Below the pieces are notes generated by a model that saw only the letters and a program-made list of their open reading frames with translations, had not been told where the DNA came from and made no database searches. Positions 1 through 12,763 of a DNA stretch of 64,000 bases are shown here, in pieces. Source of the stretch: Octopus vulgaris (taxonomy: Eukaryota); the NCBI GenBank assembly GCA_951406725.2, contig OX597834.1:31248001-31312000 (forward strand). The letters run 5' to 3'. How positions within the stretch are numbered: the stretch's first letter is position 1; each line of letters starts with the position of its first letter. Both the position numbers and the translations under genes were made by a program.

Positions 1-137
1 TTATTTGTCCTGACAGCTGTGCCATAGGCTTTCTGTTGTTACAACTGTGCCATAAGCTGTCTTTTACTGCAGCAGGGTGACTCTCTGTGTATGCATTGCG
101 TTTTCAACATCTCTCTCTTTTCCTCTGTTCATTTCAG

Positions 138-278
138 GTTTCTTCAAACGTACTGTACAAAACAAGAAGGTTTACTCCTGTGTGGACAACAGAAACTGTC
201 TCATTGACAAGACGCAAAGAAAAAGATGTCCATACTGTCGCTTTCAAAAATGCCTTACTGTAGGAATGAAGTTAGAAG
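138..278 (+). CDS. FTZ-F1: NR5A exon, DNA-binding domain (end of zinc finger 1 and zinc finger 2)
   Basis: tttcag|GT TTC TTC acceptor; [47 protein letters not shown]; donor G|gtgagc. Confidence 0.95.
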
Positions 279-3043
279 GTGAGCATGCCGACCCATCACC
301 CTTTGCTCTCTTGAGGGTCTTTTTTATTTATTTATTTATGCATTTTGTTGAGGGTGTTGAGGTTTTCTCTTCTGAAAATGTTTAAATTTTATTCAGATGT
401 GGTATACATGTAACTGTATACCCATCGTGCCCATTTTGGCAACATACCCATTTTACCCAGTTTAACAAACCCATTGTGTTCAGATAGATAACATACCCAC
501 TGTGCCCTCTTTGGCAATGTACTCATACACTCAGATAGACAATTAACCTACTATGCCCAAATATGTAATATACCCAACGTACCCAGGTGGACAGAATACC
601 CACTGTATCCAATTCAACAATACATCCACTAGCTCCAGATTACGGATATACCCACTTTGCCCTGTTCAGCGACATACAACTGCCTGTGCCTAACAAAACA
701 ATATATCTACTGTGCCCCAATTTGACAATATATCCACTGTACCCAGATGATATATGCAGAGCCCAGTTTTACAGCATACCCATTTTTGGCCTGCTAAACA
801 ATATACCCACTGTGCCTAAATAAATTATGTATTTGCTTTGCCCATACATGCAATGTACCTATTTTACTTACGAACCCACAGCTCAAATAGATAATGGGTC
901 ATAGTGCTAGTGCATGCATATACAGCTGCATGTGTGCGCACATACACGCGAGTACTGTCCAAATCTCCTACCGATCACATACAGCTAGCTGGCATTCAAT
1001 TGACGTATCAAGTTTTGGGCATTTTGATTGGGTTTTGCATAGAAAATTCACAAAAAAGTCACTTCTATTGATTTTTTAAAGGCTTTGCAGGGTGACTGGG
1101 GAAATGTAAAGACGTGCACGACCACCCTTGGACAGTTTTGAATGACCATAGAAAGTGCGAGCCCTCTAACTGAAAAATTGTGGATTTGTATGAAGGATAC
1201 ACACACACACAGACAGACATTTTGCCGTTTATATATCTAGAGATAACCATTGTATACATAATATACCCATTGAAAACATTGTGTCCAGTTTGCAGACAGT
1301 ATTTGACCTAGTTGTAGGGTAGTTAATGCTGTCCCCTCGGAAACATTTTTTCACGCTCAGAGTTGCTGAAGCATGGAATAAACTGCCTGCGTCAGTTGTT
1401 GACTGCCATGAGACTACATCCTTTAAGGCCCTCATGCTTTCCGAAATCCGTCGAAACTACACCTGATTATATATGCACTTTAGATAAGTTGTAGTGCACC
1501 TGAGCACTGTACACAATTATTATTATTATTATGAGATCAAGGTTTTACTAATCTGTTTTTTTTTTTTCTTTCTCAGCTGTCCGGGCCGACCGGATGCGGG
1601 GTGGTCGAAACAAATTTGGTCCGATGTATAAGCGGGACCGAGCACTAAAGCAACAAGCCATACGTCAACGACAGCAGATGCTGACATCGTGCCAAATTCA
1701 CCTGTCAAATGGAATGAACTCTTTACCCACGTCCATGGAGGACATCAAACCTAGCTCGCTCCTGATGGGTGGAAACCAGCTAATATACAGCATGGGTAGC
1801 AGTTGTGGTGGTGGTGGTGGTGGTGGCGGTGGCGGAGGCGGTGGTGGAGGAGGAGGAGGTTGTGGTGGAGGGGGAGTGGGAAACATCTCGCCTCTCTCGT
1901 CGCCGACCCCGTCGATGCCTTCACCCGTCTACGACGCGTCCCCACCCATCAGTCAGTTAACCCTAACGAACAGTGAGTGTATGCCTGTTAACACGGGCGG
2001 CTCAGCCATGCAGGGCACCCTGCAGCAGTACCCGGCCATGATCAGCGCCCTACATCCCATGCACTCCAGCCTCCTCTCACAGCAGCCTGCACTACCCCCT
2101 CTCATACCGTCCCTAATCTCAGACTTCAAGGCCACCATGCCTAATGAGACAGAACGTAAACAAAAGCTGCTTAACTTTATTCAAAACGAATTTGGTGGGT
2201 TTCAGTGTTCGTGGCATTCGGACAAGTTATTTATGATGTTATGTCGCCTTGTGGACCAGTGCCTATTTCTCATGGTTGAATGGGCACGCTATTCATTTTT
2301 CTTCAAAGAATTAAAGGTAAGTAAAATACATCCATTCATACCTGTGAGTAGTATAGTTTTCGTTAAGCATTGTCTCATGTATATATAAATTTTTTAAATA
2401 TTTATTTTTTTGAAACCGAAAGAATGCAAATTACAAAAAATTGATAATGCAGGTTGAAGGTTTGTACGATTACTTGATATTTCAAAATTTAGGGTTAGAA
2501 ACCCTTTCTGCTGGAAATTTGCAGAGAAAAGGTGTTGATAGCTGCTTTCTCTGCTCTGTAGTGTATGTGAAAGCCAAAGCAAAGCTTTGCTTTGGCTTTC
2601 AAAAAAAGAGTAATATTTGTTCTTCTACTTGTTTCGGTCATTTTGACTGCGGCCATGGTAAAGCACTGCCTTTAGTCGAGCAGACCAACCCCAGGATTTA
2701 TTTTTTGTAAGCCTAGTACTTATTCCATCTGTCTCTTTTGCCGAACCACTAAGTTACAGGAATGTAAACACACCAGCATCAGTTGTCAAGCAATGTTGGT
2801 AGGGACAAACACACACACCCAAACATATATACGCACATACATATATATAAATACATATACGACGGGCTTCTTTCAGTTTCCGTCTACCACATCCACTCAC
2901 AAGGCTTTGGTCAGCCCGAGGCTATAGTAGAAGACACTTGCCCAAGATGCCACACAGTGGGACTGAACCTGGAACAATGTGGTTGGTAAGCATGCTACTT
3001 ACCACACATGTAAAGCAGTTATATTTACATTTATGTATATGTG

Positions 3044-3087
<44 letters not shown>

Positions 3088-6000
3088 TAAATATATTTAT
3101 ATGTATACACAAGCACATATGGTTGGGCTGTCGGATAAATTTTTTCTTTTTTTTTTTTCTACTTGGCACTCCATTTTTATATGCCTGAAAAGAGATAAAA
3201 TTTATTCAAATTTCAAAAAGGAAAAACAAAAGTTGTAGAGGAAGACAGGAACTACAAGAAAAAAAAAACCAAAAAAACAAAAGATACTGATAAAAAATAT
3301 TTTTCATGTTAATTCAAATAACATTGGAAAGAATTAAAATAAAAGAAAAGAAACTAAAACAAAAAACAAATGAATTTTCCTGACAGCCTAACACACACAC
3401 AAACACGTACGCGTGCACACACATGCACACGGTTTTGGTTTTTGCGAAAAGTGCACTCAATCTATGTTCTGTTATTTGTACAAAAATGTTCATGTTGTTA
3501 CTGCCCGGAATTGCTTGCCAAATGCCCCTCTTTTGGTTGAGGGTTGGCTATCCAGGAAGCCAACCTCACAGACTTACACATTGTTTTTCATTGGTTGCGT
3601 CAGGTCATGTGGTATTTCCCTGTTGCTTATTGATATGTTCACTGGGAGATAACTTTATTGAATAGTTTCACGAAGGGAGATAACTCCAAGTATTAGTCCT
3701 TATGTTGCCAAGCCTGATTTTCCAATATATTAAAGGAAGATAATTCATCCTGATTGTATTTGGTAAACATCTAAGACAAATGCCTTTCCATGTGGACAGT
3801 TTATGAATGCTTTATTTTATCTCTATTTAATGTATTGTATTTCTCTGTGATGCACAGATTGTAGCTTCTACTACCATTTGCTATCAAATGGTAATGCAGT
3901 TGTCCCAAGACACACTCTGCATGGACTAAAACCACATGGTTGGCAAAACAGCAAAAACTCACTTAATCTCGATTTTCAATCCTATATTTGACTGCACCAT
4001 CTGTGAATTGAGAGCATGAAGCTGAAGAGGAAGCAACAGCATTTCACCAGCCACTCCTTGAAAAAATGTCAATGCAATCAAAGAAAGGTTTTTTGCATTT
4101 ATATAAAATGTCTGGTAGATAAAACTAAATGTGTGTTCAGAAGAAAAAGATAAAATGCATTCTGCAGCAACACCAAGACAAGTTCAACTGCAGTATATTC
4201 AATATAAAGCCTATTCTCTCCACAGACTAAGTCGATTGAAAAATTCAAAATCAATTTAATCAACCTAACAGAAAGGTAAATTTTAGAAATTATGTCATTA
4301 GCATCCAGAAAATGTTAAATGACCAAATATCATTCTTCAGAAACCCAAACAGGAATATGTGTCTGCTGACAAAAGGAGAATCTTAAATCATTACAACTGA
4401 ATCATTTAAGACCAAACCAAAATATCAGGTGATATCACAGAACCATACACAGAAGGAAATCAGAATCCAATGCTTATAACATAATAAACAGAAATGTAAA
4501 ATATACTAACATCACAAATATAAACAACTTTGTAGAATGTAAACCATAAATTACATTAAAGAACCAGAAACATAACTTCTCATCCAGCCCCTGGTTTAGA
4601 TGACGATATCCCTCCAACAAAGAAGTGGCAATCATAGTTAGGAAATACATCCTAGGTTCTCTAAGATTTAAATTTAGACAAGCAATGAAATTTGAATAAG
4701 ACACTGCTTCCTTTACAAGGGGTTTAATATTATAGAAAAGGTAACCAGCTGCCAGTTCCCTTTGTTTGATATAGTTGAATTGTATCCATCTAATTTCTGA
4801 ACACCTCTTGAAACCATTAAGATTCAGGAAAACATGCACCACTAGAACTGATTCTTACTTAAGCATAATAAAGAAAACAAAGATGTTGTTCCCATTTCAT
4901 AATGATTACTTCTGAATCAAGAAATAAGAAATATTTTGACATATCCATGAAGACCTTGAAGAGTGTAGAAGCTTTGGAAACAGGCAGTCCTAGGTTTTAT
5001 TTAAAAAAACACATAGCACTCAACTGCAAGGGTTAGGATTGAGCCAGTAATCTCCCATAAAATAGATGGTCATAACATAATTAATCTCAGATAAAGAGAT
5101 AAACGAGCATATTTATTCAGAGAATTCAATAGCTCCAATCCTTCAAACCACATGTTTTCTTGCTATCACATTAGACTTAAACATATATAATCCCCAGACT
5201 CACTGAAAGCCAAAACAAGGAGCAATCTATATCAGGACTCCTTCACTCTTCCTTTTGCTTATAAAAAAAGAGCATTAGAAGAATGTTAAGCTTATCATCT
5301 GACAGGAGCATATATGACAAAGCCATCTCTCGTTATACATTAATAAGGAGATGATTTATTGAAAGAACTTGAATACATTGAACAGCCTACACAAAACAAT
5401 ATTGAATACAGGGGATTATATTTGGTGCAATTCCTCATAAAGTGTGACTGTAACTTCCAGTATAACATGGAATTTCTTGTCGAACCTAAACTTACTTGAA
5501 ATGCACAGGTGCTGCAAATTCTTTAATAGAAATAGTGTAAAACCTAGCTACAGCTGCTTAGGTAATACAATCTCTCAAACCTCCCACCATCACCTAAAGC
5601 AATACACACTCTGGATGCAAATACAGAGATACACAAAAGCTTTGTACACTATGGAAAATGCTCAAAGTTGAAGATACTCTCTTACAAAGCTGGAGTAAAA
5701 GCAGCAGATGGTATTGAAATTGTGTACAAAGAACATTTAAACACAGCAGATTCTTCCAAATGAAGAGTCAATAAATTCTATTTTACTTCCCACTATATCT
5801 GGAAGTGTAAAATAAAGTAGGGAATTTTTGAAAAAGCTTGGCCATACAGAAATTGTAATAAAGTAACTTTTGCATTACTGAAAAATACCATATATTAATA
5901 ACAATAGATAATATTTTAACTCTTAAAAGTCCTATAGTGTTTTCTCAGTATATATCTCTCATTCCTATTAGAGACTAACGATTTTGATGAAATGCAGTTC

Positions 6001-9000
6001 GTACAATATGCAAATAAAAGTATATAATTATTGCATAAATGTTGATGAAATTTCATCTGCAATATAACAATTCTTTTATGTGCATTGTGAATATGGCTTT
6101 TACCTGTTGTCATGGTCTTGCACCTGCCAAGGTAGGTTGTATACAGTGATCTTGTTAGAATCTATAGATCTTGATGAAATGCAGTTAGTCCAATCTAAAA
6201 GTCATAAAATATTGCATGAATTTAGTTGAAACTTGATGTTATATAACAATCATTTGTTTACACTGTGAATGTGAGTTGAACTGTTGTCATGTTCTTTTAC
6301 CTACCAAGGTTGGTTGAATACAGTGAAGTTGGTGTTTTGAAATATATTCACAAGATATGGATTTCTGGGCATTGATTTCTCAGTTAAATCTTTAACCCAT
6401 TTGCATTCAGATTACTCAGTCAAATGCAATGTTTATTTATTCACAGTTAATTTTTAGAATGGTATTGTAGGGCTGGCATGAGAGGCCAGATCTGGCTACA
6501 TTGTACTTAAAACAGGCCGAATATTTTGGCCAGATTTGACTGGTTTAAGTACTAAAAGGTTAATAAATGAATAATAAAATAATTCATTAATAAATAATAT
6601 CATTGAATTCTAACTCACTGCTTGATGTATTAGCTGCCATTAAGCTTGAATAATTGATGAAAAAATCCAGACTGAGTTTTTTTACAAAATGAGGTTAAAC
6701 TTTGTTTCTTTCGTACAGAAGAGTGAGGGCTTAGTTTCAAATTTTGACCCCAAAACAATGGGGTTTTTTCAACTCCAGCTTTGTACAATTGAGGAATAGG
6801 CATCAGATACAACTGACTGCTGGGTAGGACCTTAATTAAACCAGAAAGCAAAGCATTTTCAAATCGTCCACATAGATGGAAATTATATATATATGTTAGA
6901 AAATTCTCTCAGACAGACTTGAAGTTGACCTTGGAGTAAAGAGGGTATGTCATTATAGAGGTTGTGAAGGGCAATGAAAGGACTTTGACAAACACAACTT
7001 ATTGATTGATTAACAGAATGATTAATTAAACAATCAATAAGTTAACTGGTTAACTTAATTGACTAATCATCATCATTGTTTAGCGTCCGCTTTCCATGCT
7101 TGCATGCGTTGGACGGTTCAACTGGGGTCTGGGAAGCCAGAAGGCTGCACCAGGCCCAGTCTGATCTGGCAATGTTTCTACGGCTGGATGCCCTTCCTAA
7201 CGCCAACCACTCCATGAATGTAGTGGGTGCTTTTTACATGCCACCGGCACAGGTGCCAGACGAGGCTGGAAACGGCCACAATCGGATGGTGCCTTTTACG
7301 TGCCACCGGCACGGGGGCCAGGCGGGGCTGGCTACGGCCATGATCGGATGGTGCTTTTTATGTGCCACCGGCAAATAATAATAATAATAATAATAGTAAT
7401 AATCATAAAGGAAGTGAAATAGAACCATTGTGTGTATGTGTTTATTTTGACATAATGACCCTTCCATGATGCTTTTTTTTTTAAAAATACAATAAAGCTA
7501 GGTTATCTTTCTTCAGTATATTAGAAAACTGTGAGGAAGTGAGATAAGCAATGAAACTTAGGTTTTTCTATGGTGATTGCGAATATAGTTGTCTCCCATT
7601 AACTATTTAAGTGGACATCAAGGAAGTCATTTTGGGGCAGAAGGCCTGACAGGAATGCTTGTTACTGAATGGACACTGTTAAAAGCACCCCAAGGGGCCA
7701 GGAGGTGGCGTTTAATGCTGCTGACAGATTAAGTCTACCATCATGGAAATATTCACATATGACCACCTCCACCCTAAAAAATAAAACAGAAAAAGAACCC
7801 AAAGTCATAAATTTTTTGCTATTTCTATGGATTTTGTTGATTTGGAATGACTCTGGATTGTGAAGAGAGTCTTGGTTTAGATAATATTTTGTTTACATGA
7901 AACTTTTATTTGCATCAGTCATTGGATTGTGGCCATGTTGGAATATCCCTTTGAAAGGTTTCTGTTGAACAAATCAATCCTGGTACTTATTATTTTGTTT
8001 TCAAGTCTGGCGCTTGTTCTTCTGGTCTCTATTGCTAAACCACTAACTTACAGATATGTAAACAAACCAACACACATACACACAGATATACAATGGGCAT
8101 CCACTTAGTTTCTGTCTATCAAATTCACTCTCTCTTTCTATTACATGCACATACACACAAACACATACGATGTGATACTGAAGAAGGAGCAATAATTCCT
8201 GAAACATGCATCTACACCCATTATTTTTCTGTCTTCAATAGCATTGTTTACACAGACATATTCATATATGAAATGTCATAACTTTCAGTACTGGCTCTAA
8301 ATTGTATAGAAAATCTGTAGAGACAACATTAGAAGCCACCCATACACACTCACACACACCTCTTACAAAATTTTCTCAAGTTTTCAGAAGAAACAATTCT
8401 TTTTACTGCTGTTACTAAAACTTGAACCCACAACCCTTATGATCAGTTGAGATTATAGAAATATGAATAAAAAGAAAACAACAACAACAATAAATAAACA
8501 TAGTTTGATCCTCTTAATATTTCCAATGTTTTTTTTGTCTTTTTAGGTTGAGAACCAAATGAAACTTCTACAAAATTCTTGGAGTGAATTATTAATTTTG
8601 GATTTTTTATATCGACAACTTAACACAAATTCCACCTCAGAGTTTACATTGGTTAGTATGTGATGCCAGGCACCTCTGTCATCTTCTCTCTGTTTGTGTG
8701 TGTGTGTGTGTGTATAGTATTGTGTGGTTTGTGTGTATGTGTGTGTGTGTGTAGTATTGTGTGGTTTGTGTCTGTGTGTGTGGAGCTGAACATGTTTTTG
8801 TGTGTGTTTGTGGTGCTGCATGTGTATGTGTATTATGTGTGTGGACCTGTGCATGTGCATGTGAGGGTTGTGCCTTATGGTACCATGGTGCTGGTTGTTT
8901 ACTCCAAGTCAGCTCCAAACAAGCCCCACCACTTATGATCAGAAGGCTTCCAACCTGCTGTGACCATTAATCTTGTCTTCAGACCACAATATATCCAGAA

Positions 9001-10189
9001 CTATATTATCCACTAAATACTCACATGTTTTTCTTTTCCTTCTCGCTTTCCTGTGTGTGTGTTAACATGTGGTGTGACCTGTGGGAAATTTGAAATTTGG
9101 CTGCTATTTCTAGTATGTGAAGCAGCAATTACATACAGTTTCCTTCATATGTGATGCAGTGTGTAGGACTGTTTGTGAAGTGTTTAGTTTATGCCTAAAT
9201 CCTGCAATGCTTGGTGGGTTTCTGCACAATTTCCATCTACCAAATTTTTCTCACGAACCACTGGTCAGCAGGAAGGCTTTAGTAAAAGTCACTTTTCTAA
9301 TGAACCCAGAGTGATGTAGATGTAAAATGAATTTCTTCTCATACAGTGCTGCTGTATATGGCATTTGAAAGAGAATTGTCCCAATTGTGAAATTTCTAAG
9401 TGGATTTTATCAGATAATGTATTAATGGACACAGCCTCTGCAACCCGTGCAATGGTGAGAAGTTCTAAATTCTAACAAAGGGAATATGAATTTTAAACTG
9501 GGAAAAAGAAATTAATTAGCAATTGCCGTCATGAAAATAAATTCTACCTGGTTAACTACAATAGAAAACTTACGCTTAATTGAAATCCTCTATATACGTA
9601 TATAAATTAAAATTACTGATTTTGATTTTATATGAGCACAACCTGTTTAAATGCTGTCACTACTAACATAACAACATCATCACTATTATCACTATCATCT
9701 CTATATGCTCTCATTCCACATCCACTACCACTGTCCCAACCAACATCATAATGGTATCACCACACATTACCACTACCACATCTTCACTACCCTCATCACT
9801 TCATTTTTGCCACACCACCACCACTACCATCACGACACTTCCACCACCGACACAATAACAACCATCACTGTATCTCACTTTTTATCACTCCTACAATCAT
9901 CAACCCTTTGTGGCTACTATATACATACATATATATATATACACATGTATATTAAGGTGGCGAGCTGGCAGAAACATTAGCGCGCCAGGCGAAATTCTTA
10001 ACGGCATTTCGTCTGTCGTTACGTTCTGAGTTCAAATTCCGCCGAGGTCGACTTTGCCTTTCATCCTTTCGGGGTTGATAAATTGAGTACCAGTTTCGCA
10101 CTGTAATCGACTTAATCCCTTTGTCTGTCCTTGTTTGTCCCCTCTATGTTTAGCCCCTTGTGGGCAGTAAAGAAATATATATACATGTA

Positions 10190-10248
<59 letters not shown>

Positions 10249-12763
10249 TGTATATATGTGTGTGTGTGTGTGTGTGCATATATATAAAATAATTTTCTCT
10301 CTCTTTTGTGTTCATACAGGCAAGTGGTCACAGATTAAACGCAGATTTCTTTGATAAAATAGGTTTAGGTGACATGAGAGAGAGACTGCAGGATCTTATC
10401 AAAAAGATGCGGGAACTAAAAATTGATGAAAACGAATATGTTTGTCTCAAATATTTAGTGCTTTTGAACCCCGGTAAGTGCTCAATTGTTGCTGTTGTTG
10501 TTGTTATCATCGTTGTTAAGGCAACGAGCTGGCAGAATGGTTAGCAGCATCTCCCCCATCTTCTATGTTCTGAGTTCAAATTCCACCAAGGTCGACTTTG
10601 CCATTCATCCATTTTGGGGTCGATAAAAGGAAGAGCTAGTTGAACACAGGGGTCTATGTAATTCACTTACACCCCAACTCAAATTGCTGGCCTTGTGCTG
10701 AAATTTGAAACCATTATTATTGTAAAGCGGCTAACAGGCAGAATTGTTAGTGCGTCAGACAAAATGCTTTGCTTCTTGCTATTTTTCAGTTTGAGTTCAA
10801 ATGTTGCCATGGTTGACTTTGCCTTTTATCCTCTTGGGGTTGATGCAATCAGTTTAATTTCTCCCTGAAATCACTAGCCCTGTGCCAAAATTTGAGACCT
10901 CCATGAGGCGTTGGACCTCATGGAGGTAGTGACAGGTGACTGAGACCTTTGGCTTGTGTTGACCTGTCAAACCATGTGAGACCATAGCTGTGGCCAGTGT
11001 CAGGTCAATGGCACATAAAATACACCTACTACTCTCTCGGAGTGTTTGGCATTAGGAAGGGTATCCAGCCGTAGAAACCGTGCCAAATCAGCTTAGAACC
11101 TGGTACAGCCACCCCCCAGCTTACCAGTTTTCAATCAAACCGTACAATTCATGCCAGCATGGAAAGCGGATGGGAAATAATGATGATGTTGATTATTCCA
11201 CAGAGGTGGACTTTGCCTTTCATCCTTTTCGGGATCAATAAATCAAGTACCAGTTGAGTACTGGGGTTGATGTAATCAATTACCTCCTCCCCCGAAATTT
11301 CAGGCCTTGTGCCCATAGGAGAAAGGATCATTATTATTATTATTATTATTTAAATTTTTTTTAAAAATTGCATTATTAAATAAAAAGTAACAAAATAAAA
11401 TAAGGGGCTGGAACCTTGGAAATTATTGTTTTCTTGAATGCTTTCTCTTCTGTTCTCCCTTAGGTATATGGGGCTACTTTAGGTCCTAAGTCTTGCAAGC
11501 TATGAGGCAATCTTCATTATTGCCGGTGGCATGTAAAATAGAACACCCAGTAAAGTGGTTGGCAAGCGGAAGGGCATCCAGCTGTAGAAACCATACTGAA
11601 GTAGACATTTGTGCTTCACTTGTCAGACCTTGTCAAATTGTCCAGCACAGAAGCCTGTCCTTAAATGGTGATGATGATGAATATTAACTTTTCACATGTA
11701 AAACTACTTTATTAAATTAAAATAAAATTAATTTGCAACAAATATATCATGTGATTCTTGTAACATTTAATATCATCATCATCATCAACATTTAATGTCC
11801 GTGTTTTAATATCCGTGCCGGTGGCACGTAAAAAGCACCATCCGATCGTGGCCGTTTGCCAGCCTCGCCTGGCCTCCGTGCTGGTGGCACGTAAAAAGCA
11901 CCATCCGATCGTGGCCGTTTGCCAGCCTCGTCTGGCCTCCATGCCGGTGGCTCATAAAAAGCACCATCCGATTGTGGTCGTTGCCAGCCTCATCTGGCCC
12001 CGTGCCGGTGGCATGTAAAAAGCACCATCCGATCGTGGCCGTTTGCCAGACGAGTCTGGCACCTGTGCTGGTGGCACGTAAAAAGCACCCACTACACTCA
12101 TGGAGTGGTTGGCGTTAGGAAGGGCACATCCAGCCGTAGAAACATTGCCAGATCAGACTGGGCCTGGTGCAGCCTTCTGGCTTCCCAGACCCCAGTTGAA
12201 CCATTCAACCCATTACAGCATGGAAAGCGAATGCTAAATGATGATGATGATGATGATGGTGTTCCATGCGAGCAAGAGTTTGACGGTTCGACAGGATGAG
12301 ATGTGATCAAACACTGCATCCTGCTCCAATGTCTGGTTTGGCATGGTTTCTACAGCTGGATGCCCTTCCAAATCCCGACCACTTTATGAATATGTAACTT
12401 TTACATGTATGTAACCTTTATATGTATGTAACCTTTATGCGTATGTAACCTTTATATGTATGTAACCTTTATATGTATGTAACCTTTATATGTATGTATC
12501 TTTTTTACTTTGCAGACGTTGGAGGTGTGGAAAGCAGGCAACTCCTTGAAGACTGCCAGGAGAAAATCAACACTGCCTTGATGGAATACTGTACTAGTGT
12601 TTATCCCAATATGAAGGACAAGTTTGGCCAGGTTTTGTTACGCCTGCCAGAGATTCGCATGATAAGCATGCACGGCGAGGAGTTTTTGTATATCAAACAC
12701 TTAAACGGAGAGCTCCCCGAGCAGACTCTCCTCACAGAGATGTTGCATTCCAAACGAAGGTGA
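138..12763 (+). CDS. FTZ-F1: NR5A / FTZ-F1 family nuclear receptor, 5'-partial, 5 coding exons: 138-278, 1577-2316, 8547-8651, 10320-10473, 12516-12763
   Basis: Spliced translation gives DBD second half [11 protein letters not shown]...[11 protein letters not shown]-box/FTZ-F1 box [30 protein letters not shown] signature LMVEWAR...[24 protein letters not shown], and AF-2 LLTEMLHSK. All introns are GT-AG with matching phases. Confidence 0.97.
415..890. repeat. Degenerate ~27-bp minisatellite (core atacccactgtgccc)
   Basis: Recurrent variants of aatatacccactgtgccc at roughly 27-bp spacing. Confidence 0.7.
1338..1531 (+). mobile_element. 5'-truncated CR1-clade LINE 3' end
   Basis: [30 protein letters not shown] (CR1/L2 ORF2 C-terminal motif), stop codon, short 3' UTR, (ATT)n tail. 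Confidence 0.8.
1577..2316 (+). CDS. FTZ-F1: NR5A exon, FTZ-F1 box, hinge with poly-Gly, start of LBD
   Basis: tctcag|CT GTC CGG; [21 protein letters not shown]...[23 protein letters not shown]; donor AAG|gtaagt. Confidence 0.95.
2624..3008 (-). mobile_element. SINE family A copy
   Basis: Reverse complement matches the full-length copy at 61471-61860. Confidence 0.85.
3950..5960 (+). pseudogene. Decayed Penelope-like retroelement (RT + GIY-YIG region, Naiad-like); boundaries approximate
   Basis: Collinear broken motifs: [10 protein letters not shown] (~4550), FDIVELYPS (~4765), FDISM (~4935), FLAITLDL (~5155), IWCN...[17 protein letters not shown] (5420-5566), YIW...PY...TEKYHIL (5794-5897); many stops and frameshifts. 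Confidence 0.65.
6392..6563. mobile_element. TTAA-flanked non-autonomous DNA element (piggyBac-like MITE family); related copies near 16920-17135, 54728-55320, 62520-62730
   Basis: Ends ttaacccatttgcattc...tactaaaaggttaa; shared core ttttagaatgacattgtagggtaggtgtgagaggccagatctggc. Confidence 0.6.
7067..7372 (-). mobile_element. SINE-like family C copy
   Basis: Shared core ggttggcgttaggaagggcatccagccgtagaaac...gcatggaaagcggacgctaaa with (GAT)n tail; internal ~62-bp units. Confidence 0.85.
8547..8651 (+). CDS. FTZ-F1: NR5A exon, LBD helices 4-5
   Basis: ttttag|[35 protein letters not shown]|gttagt, 105 nt, phase 0-0; absent from the ORF track. Confidence 0.93.
9955..10176 (+). mobile_element. 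SINE family B copy
   Basis: aaggtggcgagctggcagaaac...gagttcaaattcc (B-box-like)...gcctttcatcctttcggggt...; near-identical to 48592-48812. Confidence 0.85.
10320..10473 (+). CDS. FTZ-F1: NR5A exon, LBD helices 6-8
   Basis: atacag|[52 protein letters not shown]|gtaagt. Confidence 0.93.
11815..12257 (+). mobile_element. SINE-like family C copy with 62-bp internal repeats
   Basis: About four gtgccggtggcacgtaaaaagcaccatccgatcgtggcc units, followed by the family C core and (GAT)n. Confidence 0.85.
12391..12497. repeat. 17-bp tandem repeat x6 (gtaacctttatatgtat)
   Basis: gtaac at 12394, 12411, 12428, 12445, 12462, 12479. Confidence 0.9.
12516..12763 (+). CDS. FTZ-F1: NR5A terminal coding exon, LBD helices 9-12 with AF-2
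   Basis: ttgcag|(D)[25 protein letters not shown]...[14 protein letters not shown]...[14 protein letters not shown]. Confidence 0.95.

Noticed and set aside
12391-12497. Autoregulatory NR5A binding sites in the 17-bp array (taaaggtta)
   Set aside because: Does not match the YCAAGGYCR consensus.
138-12763. Assignment to HR39/NR5B or another receptor subfamily
   Set aside because: [17 protein letters not shown] is the NR5A FTZ-F1 box.
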